From assembly GCA_030141605.1 (NCBI GenBank), contig JAQGDQ010000419.1, positions 124,001-188,000 of the forward strand: 64,000 bases of DNA. Reading direction: 5' to 3'. The position numbers and the translations under genes were made by a program. Shown in pieces: positions 47,827 through 59,213 of this stretch. The notes beneath the pieces were generated by a model that made no database searches, had not been told where the DNA came from, and worked only from the letters and a program-made list of their open reading frames with translations. Positions within the stretch are counted from its first letter, which is position 1; each line of letters opens with the position of its first letter. This stretch comes from Tubiluchus corallicola. Taxonomy: Eukaryota; Animalia; Priapulida.

Positions 47827-50800
47827 GTTAGTCAAAAAAGCCTAAACAAGAATTAACAAATCCCATAATTATATTTACATCAGCTGAAACAAAATGCATT
47901 AACTGTAGTAGTGTAAGAGTCAGAAATGCGCTTTTTTCATTAGATTTGTAATAAATTATATTTTCTCGTATCCATCTGCTGTTAATTCAAAATTTATTTT
48001 AGTACTGATATGAAGATATCAGTGCTATAAACGGTATTGGCATGTAGTATCAATATGCACTAGCCAAACCCCGTAAAAGAATTTTGCACATAAATTCACT
48101 GAAACAACTCACGCCACACCACACCAACCTGTCACACCACTCAAAATACACCGCACCACCCACACCACACCATAACACGACACCACTCACACCACCCACT
48201 TAACACACCCACCGCACCACACCACACCACGCAACCACCTAACACCCCACTAACTCCACACCACTCACAACACATCATACCACACCAACCCACTGCACCA
48301 CTCACAGCACACCACCCACACCACACTACGCCACACCACCCACAACAAACCACATCCACCACACTACACCAACTCCACCCACACATCACTGCCTACACCC
48401 TACCATCCCACCAGATTATCCACGCCATATCACCCACACCACACCACTCAGATCTCACTAAACCACACCCACCACACCACCCACACCACTCCACCAGCCC
48501 ACACACAACCTACCACCCCACCACACCATCCACAGCACAGCACAACACCACCATCACACCACGCAACACCCACCACATCACACGGTGAGCATGATATTGA
48601 TGGCGATGATGATTAATGCCAATGATAATGACACCTACAGCACTAGCACCAACAGTACAGTATCACAGCGAAATCATTCAGAACATTTTGCACAATGTCG
48701 AAACTGTGTGCTATAATAAATGCTCTTAGTCTGCCTACCAATGATCAATAATGCACGGACATTCTACATTGTTTTGTTTGCTGCTTCTCAGATGATCATA
48801 GGCTAACACAACTTACGTAAAATCGATAACGCTACGGAACGGCGGGTGAAAAAAATGCCTAGAACAGCCGCGAAGTTTCAAAGACAATGGATGTTCCAAA
48901 TAGTGTACAGCGTAGGGGGTTGAAAAAGAATTTTGAAATACACCTTCCCGTTTCGTCTAGTGGACATCTCTCCCAAGGAAACCTTCAACATTTTGTAGAC
49001 CGTTTTCGTCCTTTCTGTGAATGTGCTTATTTTTTCCCAACATGCCCAAATAGTTGCAGAAATTGAGTTTTTCTAGAGACTGTTTGAGCACTTTTCTGCA
49101 AAATTTGTGTGGTTGGGTCCGAAAAAACGCCCGTCACGGGACGCCGTGGCCCTTCCGCAAAATCTAAATATGACTGTTACATCCACCGTTGATTGGGCTA
49201 TTGAATCATTACCAGCAACGCCCGTGGCCCGTTCCGTATCTCTAGAAATAAGAGGTACAAGTTTTGCAAAAAATAGGCAAAATATGGCCGTTTTTAGAGC
49301 TTTTTCGCCCCCCCGTTCCTCCCGGTGGGCCAGATTCGAAAAATAAACTACCGGGTGCGGACCTATGTGTGGAGAGCTTTCATTTGACGTCGAGAATGGT
49401 GCCGTCGTCGGAGCTGTAGCTTCGTTGGTTATAAATCCATATATATATATATACGACAATTTGGGGACATCTATTGACAAAAACAAGAAGCATTATATTC
49501 TATAGTACCACCTTAAGCATAAATTGAAACATCACTTAAAATCCAAATAACTATCTTTTCCCTGTGACGTTAAAACTATCTTTTACCATTATTTCTGACA
49601 GTGGGATTACTCTGTGATAATGTTGTTTTGAATTTACTGACTAATCAATTTTTAGTGAAGCCATTTTCATAGTTTTTGGTAATGACAATGCAAGTTCATT
49701 TTAGCAGAACAGATTTCACCAGAATCAAGGATTATTGGTGGAGAAGATGCCGCTGATGGAGAATTTCCCTTTATGGTATAAACTTCGGTTTCTTATTGAT
49801 CAAACAAAGTTTTATAAGTAAGCCTATATTAATAGGCTCAAAACAAGTAAAAAGACGACAGATGCTTTTTTGTACTAATACGGATGACACAAGCAGCGCC
49901 ATTATTTGATTGTATCTACATTTTAAATTAGTAAAACATTAATCACTTTCATTTCGTAACAAATTATGGTGAAATTGTGTATGCCTTGAGGAGGAATAAG
50001 CTTTTTGTAATCTAGTGTCAGGTTTTGATGGGCGAGAAACCTCAGGAAGTGGTCATGGTGGAAGTAGGAAACCTTCCTTGGGGGGACATCTCAACCTATC
50101 GTCTTTATGGAAGACAATTGGGACAAGATAGGCTCCAAAACCTACAAAAGTAATCAAATAATGAATGTACTAATGTTACTATAAACTAGCAAGGCTGCAC
50201 AAAACATTTGTGACATTCGTTGCATATATGGGAGCTATTTTAAGGAATAAACAACGTTGTCGTCCTACTCGCGACTGTCATTGTCGCTGCCATCACACTA
50301 TCCGTCATTGCGACCATTAGCGGTACAACAGCTTTTTGTGCAATGAGAAGGACGTTATTTATAACGCCACTATTTTAGTCTTTGTTATTATAACTTCGTC
50401 ATCATTGTCATTGCTGTTCGTTATCAACTTGGTTATCTTTATTTTCGCTATTTTTGTTTCAAATAATCATCATTCTTATCGTCGTTGCTGTTGTTAAGAG
50501 ACGACAAGCTGACTTAAGCACTACACTAAACCACAAAATTAACGGATTATAGAGTTTGTGAATTTTACTTTTACTGTTTATACCTTTCTGCCCCTCAGTC
50601 TTCACATACTTTCAACTGCACATACGGGTCCACATCATTAAAGGAAAAGTCAAGTTTCAAACAACATGAAGTGCAATTAAACTACAACTAAAAATATTGC
50701 AATTACTGCAGAATACACGAACATATAAGATGTTGCTTAAAATTTACAATTCTTACTTCCGGCCAAACGAAATAAGCTGTTGACATACTTGAAAAATTAG

Positions 50801-53800
50801 TTTTAGGAAAGCTGACCAACATGAAAATGCGCTGCAGGCCATCTCGCTATCTGACGACTATTAGCAGCGATATTAAATCCTTAATACATTGTATTTTTTA
50901 AGGTTACACTTGGCTATGAAGGAAACTTTTTGTGTGGAGCCACAATCATCAACGAACGATGGGTATTGACAGCAGCTCATTGTCTGCTTGGGTAAGTATA
51001 TCACTTTTGACAGCAAGTTACGACAGACAGCAGAAGTGCAAAATACAATGCGTCAATTATCAGCAGTTCTTGTGTGTTTAAGTAAGTACGTCATTTTCAA
51101 AGCACGCGGTTACAAAGAAGTGCGTAATACAATGCGTCAATTATCAGCAGCTTGTTGTGTGTTTAAGTAAGTACGTCATTTTTCAAAGCATGCGGTAACA
51201 AAGAAGTGCATAATACAATGCGTCAATCATGAACAGCTCCTTGTGTGTTTAAGTAAGTACATCACTTTTCAAAGCACGCGGTTACAAAGAAGTGCGTAAT
51301 ACAATGCGTCAATTATCAGCAGCTCGTTGTATGTTTAAGTAAGTACATCACTTTTCAAAGCACGCGGTTACAAAGAAGTGCATAGTACAATGCGTCAATT
51401 ATCAGCAGCTCGTTGTGTGTTTAAGTAAGTACGTCATTTTTCAAAGCACACGGCTACAAAGAAGTGCATAGTACAATGCGTCAATGATCAGCAGCTCATT
51501 GTGTGTTTAAGTAAGTACGTCATTTTCAAAGCACGAGGTTACAAAGAAGTGCATAATACAATGCATCAATTATCAGCAGCTCGTGTTCTTGAGTAAGTAC
51601 GTCATTTTCAAAGCACGCGGTAACAAAGAAGTGCATAACACAATGCGTCAATTATCAGCAGCTCGTTGTGTGTTTAAATAAGTACATCACTTTTCAAAGC
51701 ACGCGGTTACAAAGAAGTGCGTAATACAATGCGTCAATTATCAGCAGCTCATGTTCTTGAGTAAGTACATCACTTTTCAAAGCACGCGGTTACAAAGAAG
51801 TACATAGTACAATGCATTAATTATCAGCAGTTCATTGATGTGTTTTTGGGTAAATACTTTTGACAGCACATTGTACAACGTGTTGTACATTCCACAGTGC
51901 ACCTAGTAGGAAGTGCATAGAATTTTGATCATAATAGGAAAAGATTTACTAAAATGGAAAGAAAATGGATTTTTAATGTATATTAGAAAATTTTCCGGAC
52001 AAAGTTATATTACTTAACATTACGCTTATCCATTTTCTGCTATTTGAAAGATTAATTGAAAAAGAAAATTCTTGAATATAATTTAAAATTCCTGCCCCAA
52101 CTGGGTAAATGTCACTAAACCATGATCCCAGTGTGCACTTCTGCTTATCAAAAACCCATCATTGATCTTATTGACAATAATATGAAGTAATTAAAACTTT
52201 CGTTTAGCGAATAATGTGCTACAAATGCTCTGGTATGTTTTCAAATTTATGTAATATTATTACAAGTTTTATAAAGCGTTGCAGCCAATGAAAGTCCTAA
52301 TTGCAATAAGACAGCATGTAAGTGATACAAATATTCAAACTTTTCTACTTATGAAAAGCGTTCTCTTGTCTTACAAAGCTCCAAACCTGGCCATGATAAA
52401 GTAAGTCATATCTAATCAAGCTAAACAACACAGGAACAAGGAAAGTAAATTAAATTTTGCTTAAAATTAATTAAATAAATACATAAATAGATCAATATTA
52501 AGCGCAGTCAACAGTATAGCATTATTTTCTAGCAAAAAAGCAGGTCCACACTTTGAAGTTTACATGGGAAGCAACATTTTTTACAACCCGAAGGTGAAGC
52601 GCTTTGTAAGTTTACATGAAGTTTTTTAAATTTACATGCATGAGTTCATATTTACATGAACTTCTTACGTTTATAATTATGGGGTTTAATTTTTTGAATC
52701 GGTCCCCCTAGGACGAACAGGTGGGGAAAACCTCCAAAAATGTCCATTTTACCCATTTTTTTGCAAAACTTATACTTCTTGTTTCTAGAGAATTGAAATG
52801 TGTCGGCAGTGGTGCTGATAATGGTTAGATAGCCCTTTCAATGGTGGGTGTTATAGTCATTTTTAGATTTTGCGGGAGGGCCACTAATACCCACTCCCGG
52901 CATTTTCCCAGACCCAAGCATACAAATTTTGCAAAAAATTGCTCAAACAGCCTCTGGAAAAACTCATTTTGTGCAACTGTTTGGGCATGTTGGGAAAAAA
53001 TAAGCACACTCGCAGAAAGAGGACGAAACGGTCTACAAAAAACTTAAGGTATCACTAGGGGAGATATCCACTGGACGAAACGAGAGAGGTGTATCATCCT
53101 TCTACCTTTTTCGTTTCACCAGTCACGGAATCTGATATTATAAGTATATGCAAATGTTTTGATCGAAATAAAGGTTCTGGTACGGATAATCTCCGCCACA
53201 AAGTTATTATAGATGAAATTGGAAGTATCATTACCTCTTTGACACACATAATTAATATTTCACTTAAACTGGTACTGTTCCTTCTAAAACGATCAATTAT
53301 CATCCCTATCTTCAAATCCAAAGCTTCTTTGGACATTAACAATTATAGACCTATCTCACTGTTACCTTTTTCAAAAATATTGGAAAAAGTTGTTTACAAT
53401 AAAATATTATCTTGTTTGCATTATCACAACATAATAAATAATAAGCAGTTTGGTTTTCCGAAAAACAGCTTAACTGAATTGGCTTGGATAAACATTGTAC
53501 AGAGTATAACTAAATGCACTGAACAAAATAAAGTAGCAGCAGGGATATCTTGTGACCTCTCTAAGCTCTTTGATACTGTTAATCGAAAAATACTTCTTGT
53601 TAAACTACATTATTACAGTCTTAGAGGGGTAGTAAAGGCATGGATATCTAGTGATCTTCATCGGAGAACACCAGTGGTTCGATATAATAATGTAATTTCA
53701 AATGAATACCACAAGGTTCAATTTTAGGTCCACTGCTATTTTTAATATATAAAAATGACATAAAATGTTCTTTAGCTATTCCAAATCTGTTACAGTTTGC

Positions 53801-56800
53801 ACATGATACGAGCATATTCTTTGAGTTAAATAAGGCTGATAATTTAAAATATATCAGCCGCAAATGACAAAATATTGCTATTTGGTTCAAAACGAACGAG
53901 TTGTCATTAAATTCTACAAGAACTTAATGTATGATTTTTAGAGCAAGACACAAGAAAATTCCAATTAATAATGGTGATATTAACTCCAAAATTCCCCTAT
54001 TGGAATCATACAGGAAATGAAATTTTTGGGAATCATTCTAAGTGAACACATGGATTGGAAGCCGCACATAGACACGATCAAAAGTGAAATTTCAAAAAGT
54101 ATAGGTGTCATATGTAGGACTAAAATTGCTTTACTAACTGACATCTAATAACCTTGTACAATTGTTTAATGTTACCATACTTCACATACTGTTGTCTCCT
54201 TTGGGAAGAGAATATCTTAGTTTAGCATGTTTTAAAACTAATAAACTTTTAACTGTTGACGATTTAATACACCTGAATACAGCTATATGTATAAAACTAA
54301 ATATCATCTATTTTCAACATTCTTTAATAATCCAGTCCGTTATGCAACCAGAATGAACGAGTTTGTAGAACGGACGTGGCACATCAGTGTACATCATTTT
54401 TTGGAGTTTCTTTTCTGTCACATTACTCACATTTTTTAGGCTACTGGGATGGGATCGGTTTAGCAATCAAATTATTAAGCACTTTATGTTCTGTGAATTA
54501 AAGCTAAAGCAGGCCTAATCAGGAGTGGTGGCAACCCTATTCACATATGATACATTATAATGTCGTACGTGAACTTAATTAGCTTTCGCATTGTTGCTTT
54601 ACGCAGGCGAATGCTTTCAAGATGCACCCTCTCTATGCGAATGATTCGACCAGAGCTAAAGAAAATGATATTGCCCTCGTCCAAATGCACAGCCGCGTCA
54701 CGTTTGATAAATATGTTCAGCCTACGTTACTACCACGTCACCGCTGGACTCACCCGAGAAATGAAACAGTTGTGATTTTATTAGGATGGGGCGTTCGAGA
54801 TCCAGGTAATTTACAGGTTAAACAGAGAAGAAAAGAATATTTCGACTATATGGGATAGCTAGTTTTATGACTGCTTTATCAGTTTTCACTATTTATGCAT
54901 GAAATAGTTCCGCCCCCATTTAAGGATAATTTTAATTTGTGTCACAGGAAACAGAAAAAGAAGTTACCTTTTCTCTCATTTTTGTTGCTTTTCACAAATT
55001 TATGTTCGTTCCTTAAATGCAATATTAGAAACGTGTCTGGAATTGCAAAAGTTATAGTTATGCATAACTTTGAATGTTTGGTGTAGTATGTTTATTTAAT
55101 TTTTTGGAAGGTCTGCTGTTTTGTGATTAACGGATAAAATATTTTATCAGATTTTTAACTAGAAAGTTGTGCTAGAACATTTTTTGCTTTAAGAAACGAT
55201 TTTTGTTGCATCATTTCATGAACGTCTTTCAAAGTGGCACAATTTCTGATAGAGAATTAGGCAGTACGGATCAAAAATCTCACCTTCAAGAGATAATAAT
55301 TTGTATTTCATTCTTAGACAAAAACCGACGATGCCCAACCTTGTAAAATATTTTAAAACATTAACGAGTCTGTTCTTTAAAACAATTAAAATATTGAATG
55401 AGTCCGTTCATTTAAAATAATTAAAACAATTAACGAGTCTGTTCCCTTAAAGCAATTAAATCGATTAATTAGCCTGTTCGTTTAAAACAATTAAAGCTAT
55501 TTAACGAGTCTATTCTGATCTTCAGTCCTAATGAGCTGCCACCTGTTGGCCAGTGTGCCAACTCATCTACTGCCTTGGGAAAAAAGGAAATAGTAAACAG
55601 CGGTTTAAAAATTAATTTGATCGTCACAGAGTTAGCAACATAAGTAGCACCTCTAAATTCGGTCTGCGTAGAAATTGAGCAGGCCTCACCCATACATAAC
55701 TACTCACTTAATGGTTTTAAACCCCTCGTCGAAGTGATAATGTGTTCAAAAAAGAATTTATGTGCATAATGAGTGAAAATAATCATTCAGCCAACTACAC
55801 TTTACTAAAATTTCATGCTTTGTCGACAAAATTAAGCTGGCCTTGTTTCACGAAACCGTCACTAACTTAACAACGTCGTTATGGCTCTTTCTTGCACGAC
55901 GTCATGCCACTAAGTGTCATGGCGGGCGATAATAATTGTTACAGTACCAACCGCATTTAATTTACATTACCTATCACATAAAAGTATGCAACAGAACTGT
56001 TTCTAAAAATAAGAAATTCTGCGTATGCTATAAAAGACAATAATATAAAAATAGTATTATAAGATCTTTAAAGCACAAGAAAACCCTACATAAACATAAA
56101 GCTTAAAAAACTCGTCTTGAAATTTTATATCACTTATAGTATACGGCCTTTCTGCTTGCAGGACTTCAATCAGCAATCACGCCATATAAAACATGTAAAT
56201 TTAAACTCCCGCGATGACTGTCAGACGCAGATTTTTACGACAGGTCATTTAAAACATGTTTAGATAACATTGCTTGTCAACGACGTTTTACCAACTCGCA
56301 AAAACATTTTAAATACTTTGAATAATTAAAAATTTTCATTTTTAGTTACATAAGTCTTTGTAGCAGGTAAGCGAAAAGCTAAGTAATATAGTTTTGCTAG
56401 GAAAGCTTTTTGGGACGTAATTTAGCATTTATTTTTCTTCCCATGATTTACGTTGTGCGTAGGTGACGTCATGTAATGACGCCTTAGGAATAGTATTATG
56501 GGAGATTTAATGAAGATAAACAAAAATTCCTTTCAATGCGAACACGATATAGGCATAAAATTGCTATAAAGTCATGTAATTGTTTAACGCAATTTTTCTG
56601 AAACGTATTTCTGCTACCCCTTTTCTTGTCTTTTGGATGAATGTAATAAAGACTTCGTTAACTTTGTATATATATATATATATGGTTCTTTTTTCAAAGT
56701 TGGTGATACGTCAAAGAACTTACAAAAGACGACATTTTCAATTAGCGATGTGAAGCAGTGTGATTTTATATTTGATGACACTTTCTCCATTTGCATGTAT

Positions 56801-57700
56801 AAGCCAGGACGGAGCGCTTGTTTCGTAAGTGTAGTAAAATTACTTTATTGAAAAAGTATTAATGGCAGCTAGCCCTACATGAATACTTCACTGCAATGTT
56901 ATAAGCAAATATGATAGTACTTAAAAAATTGAACACTGAATAAAATACATCACTTACCCAATACAACAATGTTTAAGAAAAAGCACTTATTAAAAATAAA
57001 TAAAATTGACTTTTAAACTGTTTAACGTAAGACGAATGCAAGAAAACTTTACACTCTGAAAAAGCTGATATCCTGGTCATAGACAGAAATCGAAAAACGT
57101 CTAAAATTGTTTGAAGTGAGCGTCATCGAGAGAATCAACTGGTTTCAATGGAGGAGGTTTAACCCATTTCGGCAATTTTTCATGAAAATTACGTAATATG
57201 AAGCAATGGCTAATCTGGATGTGTTATTGCAGAAATTTTCAATTTCTTTTAGCTAATAACTAGGCAATTATAGAATGTTTTGAGATTTTGTTCATTATTA
57301 TCTGAAATTTGAGATTATATGTTTATATATAATACACACACATATATATATAAACACATATACATATAATATTATTCTGTAAATCGATAAAGAAAAGCCT
57401 TTTTGGGAAAATCGTACAGTACAAACAAACTATTCACAGGGTGACTCAGGTGGTCCACTGATACTGAAAGCTACCAGAGAACAAATTGGAGTTATAACTA
57501 CTGGTGGTAATAAACAGTGCAATACTTTCAGTCTATGTTTAAAAGTTTCTAATTATCTAGACTGGATTAAGAATGATAGTTCAAAGGTTCAGCCAAGTCT
57601 GTCTGGTGCAGCTTCAAAATGTTACCTGACTTTATTGACAATAATTACCGTTGTTGCGGCTGTACGTTTCGGTTTGTGGGCAGGTACAGAGTTAAAGTAA
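47720..57700 (+). CDS. Chymotrypsin-family (peptidase S1A) serine protease with hydrophobic GPI-like C-terminus
   Basis: Exons 47720-47826 (pro-region, tentative), 49705-49775 (R|IIGGEDAADGEFPFM), 50903-50991 (CGATIINERWVLTAAHC), 52533-52605, 54607-54805 (NDIALV, GWG), 56700-56824 (LQK...SACF), 57440-57700 (GDSGGPL...stop). Phases are consistent. Confidence 0.9.
48110..48585. repeat. C/A-rich degenerate microsatellite (CACCA/CAC)
   Basis: Low-complexity run. Confidence 0.9.
48940..49487. mobile_element. Dispersed repeat (possibly Helentron/HINE-like), copy 1
   Basis: Reverse-complement similarity over ~400 bp to 52680-53093; internal (TA)n; class assignment is inference. Confidence 0.65.
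49705..49775 (+). CDS. Protease exon with activation site R-IIGG
   Basis: EQISPESRIIGGEDAADGEFPFM; TAGCAG NAGNAG acceptor. Confidence 0.9.
50903..50991 (+). CDS. Protease exon with catalytic His
   Basis: VTLGYEGNFLCGATIINERWVLTAAHCLL. Confidence 0.92.
50965..51865. repeat. ~85-bp tandem repeat (~10 copies) starting in the protease His exon
   Basis: Unit AATACAATGCGTCAATTATCAGCAGCTCGTTGTGTGTTTAAGTAAGTACGTCATTTTCAAAGCACGCGGTTACAAAGAAGTGCGT. Confidence 0.93.
52533..52605 (+). CDS. Protease exon
   Basis: KKAGPHFEVYMGSNIFYNPKVKRF; phase 2 in, phase 0 out. Confidence 0.85.
52680..53093. mobile_element. Dispersed repeat, copy 2 (inverted relative to copy 1)
   Basis: GGGCATGTTGGGAAAAAATAAGCACA etc. 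are complementary to 49020-49047. Confidence 0.7.
53094..54350 (+). mobile_element. Decayed non-LTR retrotransposon RT fragment (CR1/L2/Crack-type), in protease intron
   Basis: YRPISLLP-FSKILEK, QFGF, DLSKLFDTVN, PQGSILGPLLFLIY motifs with frameshifts and stops. Confidence 0.88.
54607..54805 (+). CDS. Protease exon with catalytic Asp
   Basis: HPLY...ENDIALVQM...YVQP...LLGWG. Confidence 0.92.
55355..55515. repeat. Degenerate ~33-bp tandem repeat
   Basis: Repeated AAACAATTAAA..TTAACGAGTCTGTTC. Confidence 0.7.
56700..56824 (+). CDS. Protease exon
   Basis: VGDTSKNLQK...C...ICMYKPGRSACF. Confidence 0.88.
57440..57700 (+). CDS. Protease last exon with catalytic Ser and hydrophobic tail
   Basis: GDSGGPL...KVSNYLDWIK...YLTLLTIITVVAAVRFGLWAGTELK*. 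Confidence 0.92.
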   Translation, partial: GDSGGPLILKATREQIGVITTGGNKQCNTFSLCLKVSNYLDWIKNDSSKVQPSLSGAASKCYLTLLTIITVVAAVRFGLWAGTELK

Positions 57701-59213
57701 AGCTATTCCACATATAAATTTGGCTACGTAAATTTGCAATGTTCACTGGCAAATCTGTGTTTTCAAAAACTCTTCAAAATAGTTCTAAATCATCCATTGA
57801 GGCGTGTGTGTACCTTGATTATCGTACTCCCGTTTGTATTACCAGAATTTCCAAACCAGCAATGAGTGCGTTCAAAAGCAAATTTACTGTTAACCTTACT
57901 ACCAGTGATATAACGATTTGATTTTTAATTTAAAAGAAGCCATATAGATGTATCTTTCCTATTTAAATTCCTATCCTGATAAGCCTGTATCAAAAGAAAA
58001 AACTGAACGCAATTTGTTCTTAGTTTTTGGACGTCTTGATCTATAGTATCCGTAATATTTACCTAATTTCCATACATATTACATAACATCTGCTGTTATT
58101 TTTGTATTGTGGATTATACATGTATTTAGTCTATACTTTCAATAATATCAAAAAGAAACATTTATTACATATTTATTACTGGAATATGAGGTTCGTGTTT
58201 TTGTTCTTACATTTGCTTATATGTTCTTCATTCATACTGATATGAGTATCAAAGACAGCTAAAGCAGTTTCGGGATTACAAGAGTAAGTTGTAACTCACA
58301 GAATGGCTTCTTGACTTCTTCATCAGTCCAACAAGTTTATTTATGAACATTTCTTTGGTTCTTTATTAGCAATACAGGCACACAACACAGTAGCGAAACA
58401 ATTCACTGGTTTAGCGCCTGCAGATTATCTGTGAACAGTTAGTACAAGCGTTCCTCTGTTCCCTAAAAATTTGTCTTTAGTATTTCCTGCAAGCACTTGC
58501 CTAGCTTCAGTATACTCAACTGACATGCTGGTACTGATGTTGCAACTTGTAAAGAAGTTACAAACTCAGTAAAGTTCAAGTTCTGCTTTTCAATGGAGGT
58601 AAACTGACGGCAAAGAATGCATAAAATACGGGTTAGTCAAACAAATTATTTAATAAAAGTTCAAGTGGGCACGCTCACGCTTAACAATATTAACAGTGAT
58701 ACTGTTATATGGATAATATTGACAACAATACTGTGCAATATTGAATGGTTGCCAATATTAATGGACATTTGTAGACGATATTGAAGATTGCGCAATATTG
58801 CATTCATGTATCGCCTGTGGTAGAAGGAAACAGTCGCGTAATATTACTGTCAATGTTACTCTGGAATATTGACCTATTGTAGAATGCCGATATTATTGCG
58901 GATGTGTATACTTCCTTTAAAGATACAACATATTTGAAAATATTGCTAAATTATTTCATTTTTTAACTCTTCATTCGTTTATTTTTGTTTATTTTTCAAG
59001 ATTCCGGAAAAATCATTTGACAAAGACATTATAATGCGCACGTTAATCAAACTGAGTTAAGTATCTAATTATGGAATTCTTCTCTCGCTCGTACTGTTAG
59101 CTGCCACATCTGACAACGCCTAATATTTATTTAGTTTCATCCTACACTTCATTCTGCAAACTGTACAACTGTAAAAGAGTGGAAGCATCCATAAATGTTA
59201 GCTAGCCATATAA

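Noticed and set aside
48141-48389. Cys/Gly/Trp-rich ORF
   Set aside because: Translation of C/A low-complexity repeat
49073-49486. 137-aa ORF and its relatives at 52825-53047
   Set aside because: Lie within the dispersed inverted repeat copies; no recognisable domain
53005-53040. Hammerhead-like GGACGAAACGGTC
   Set aside because: No upstream CUGANGA box or stem II partner in either repeat copy
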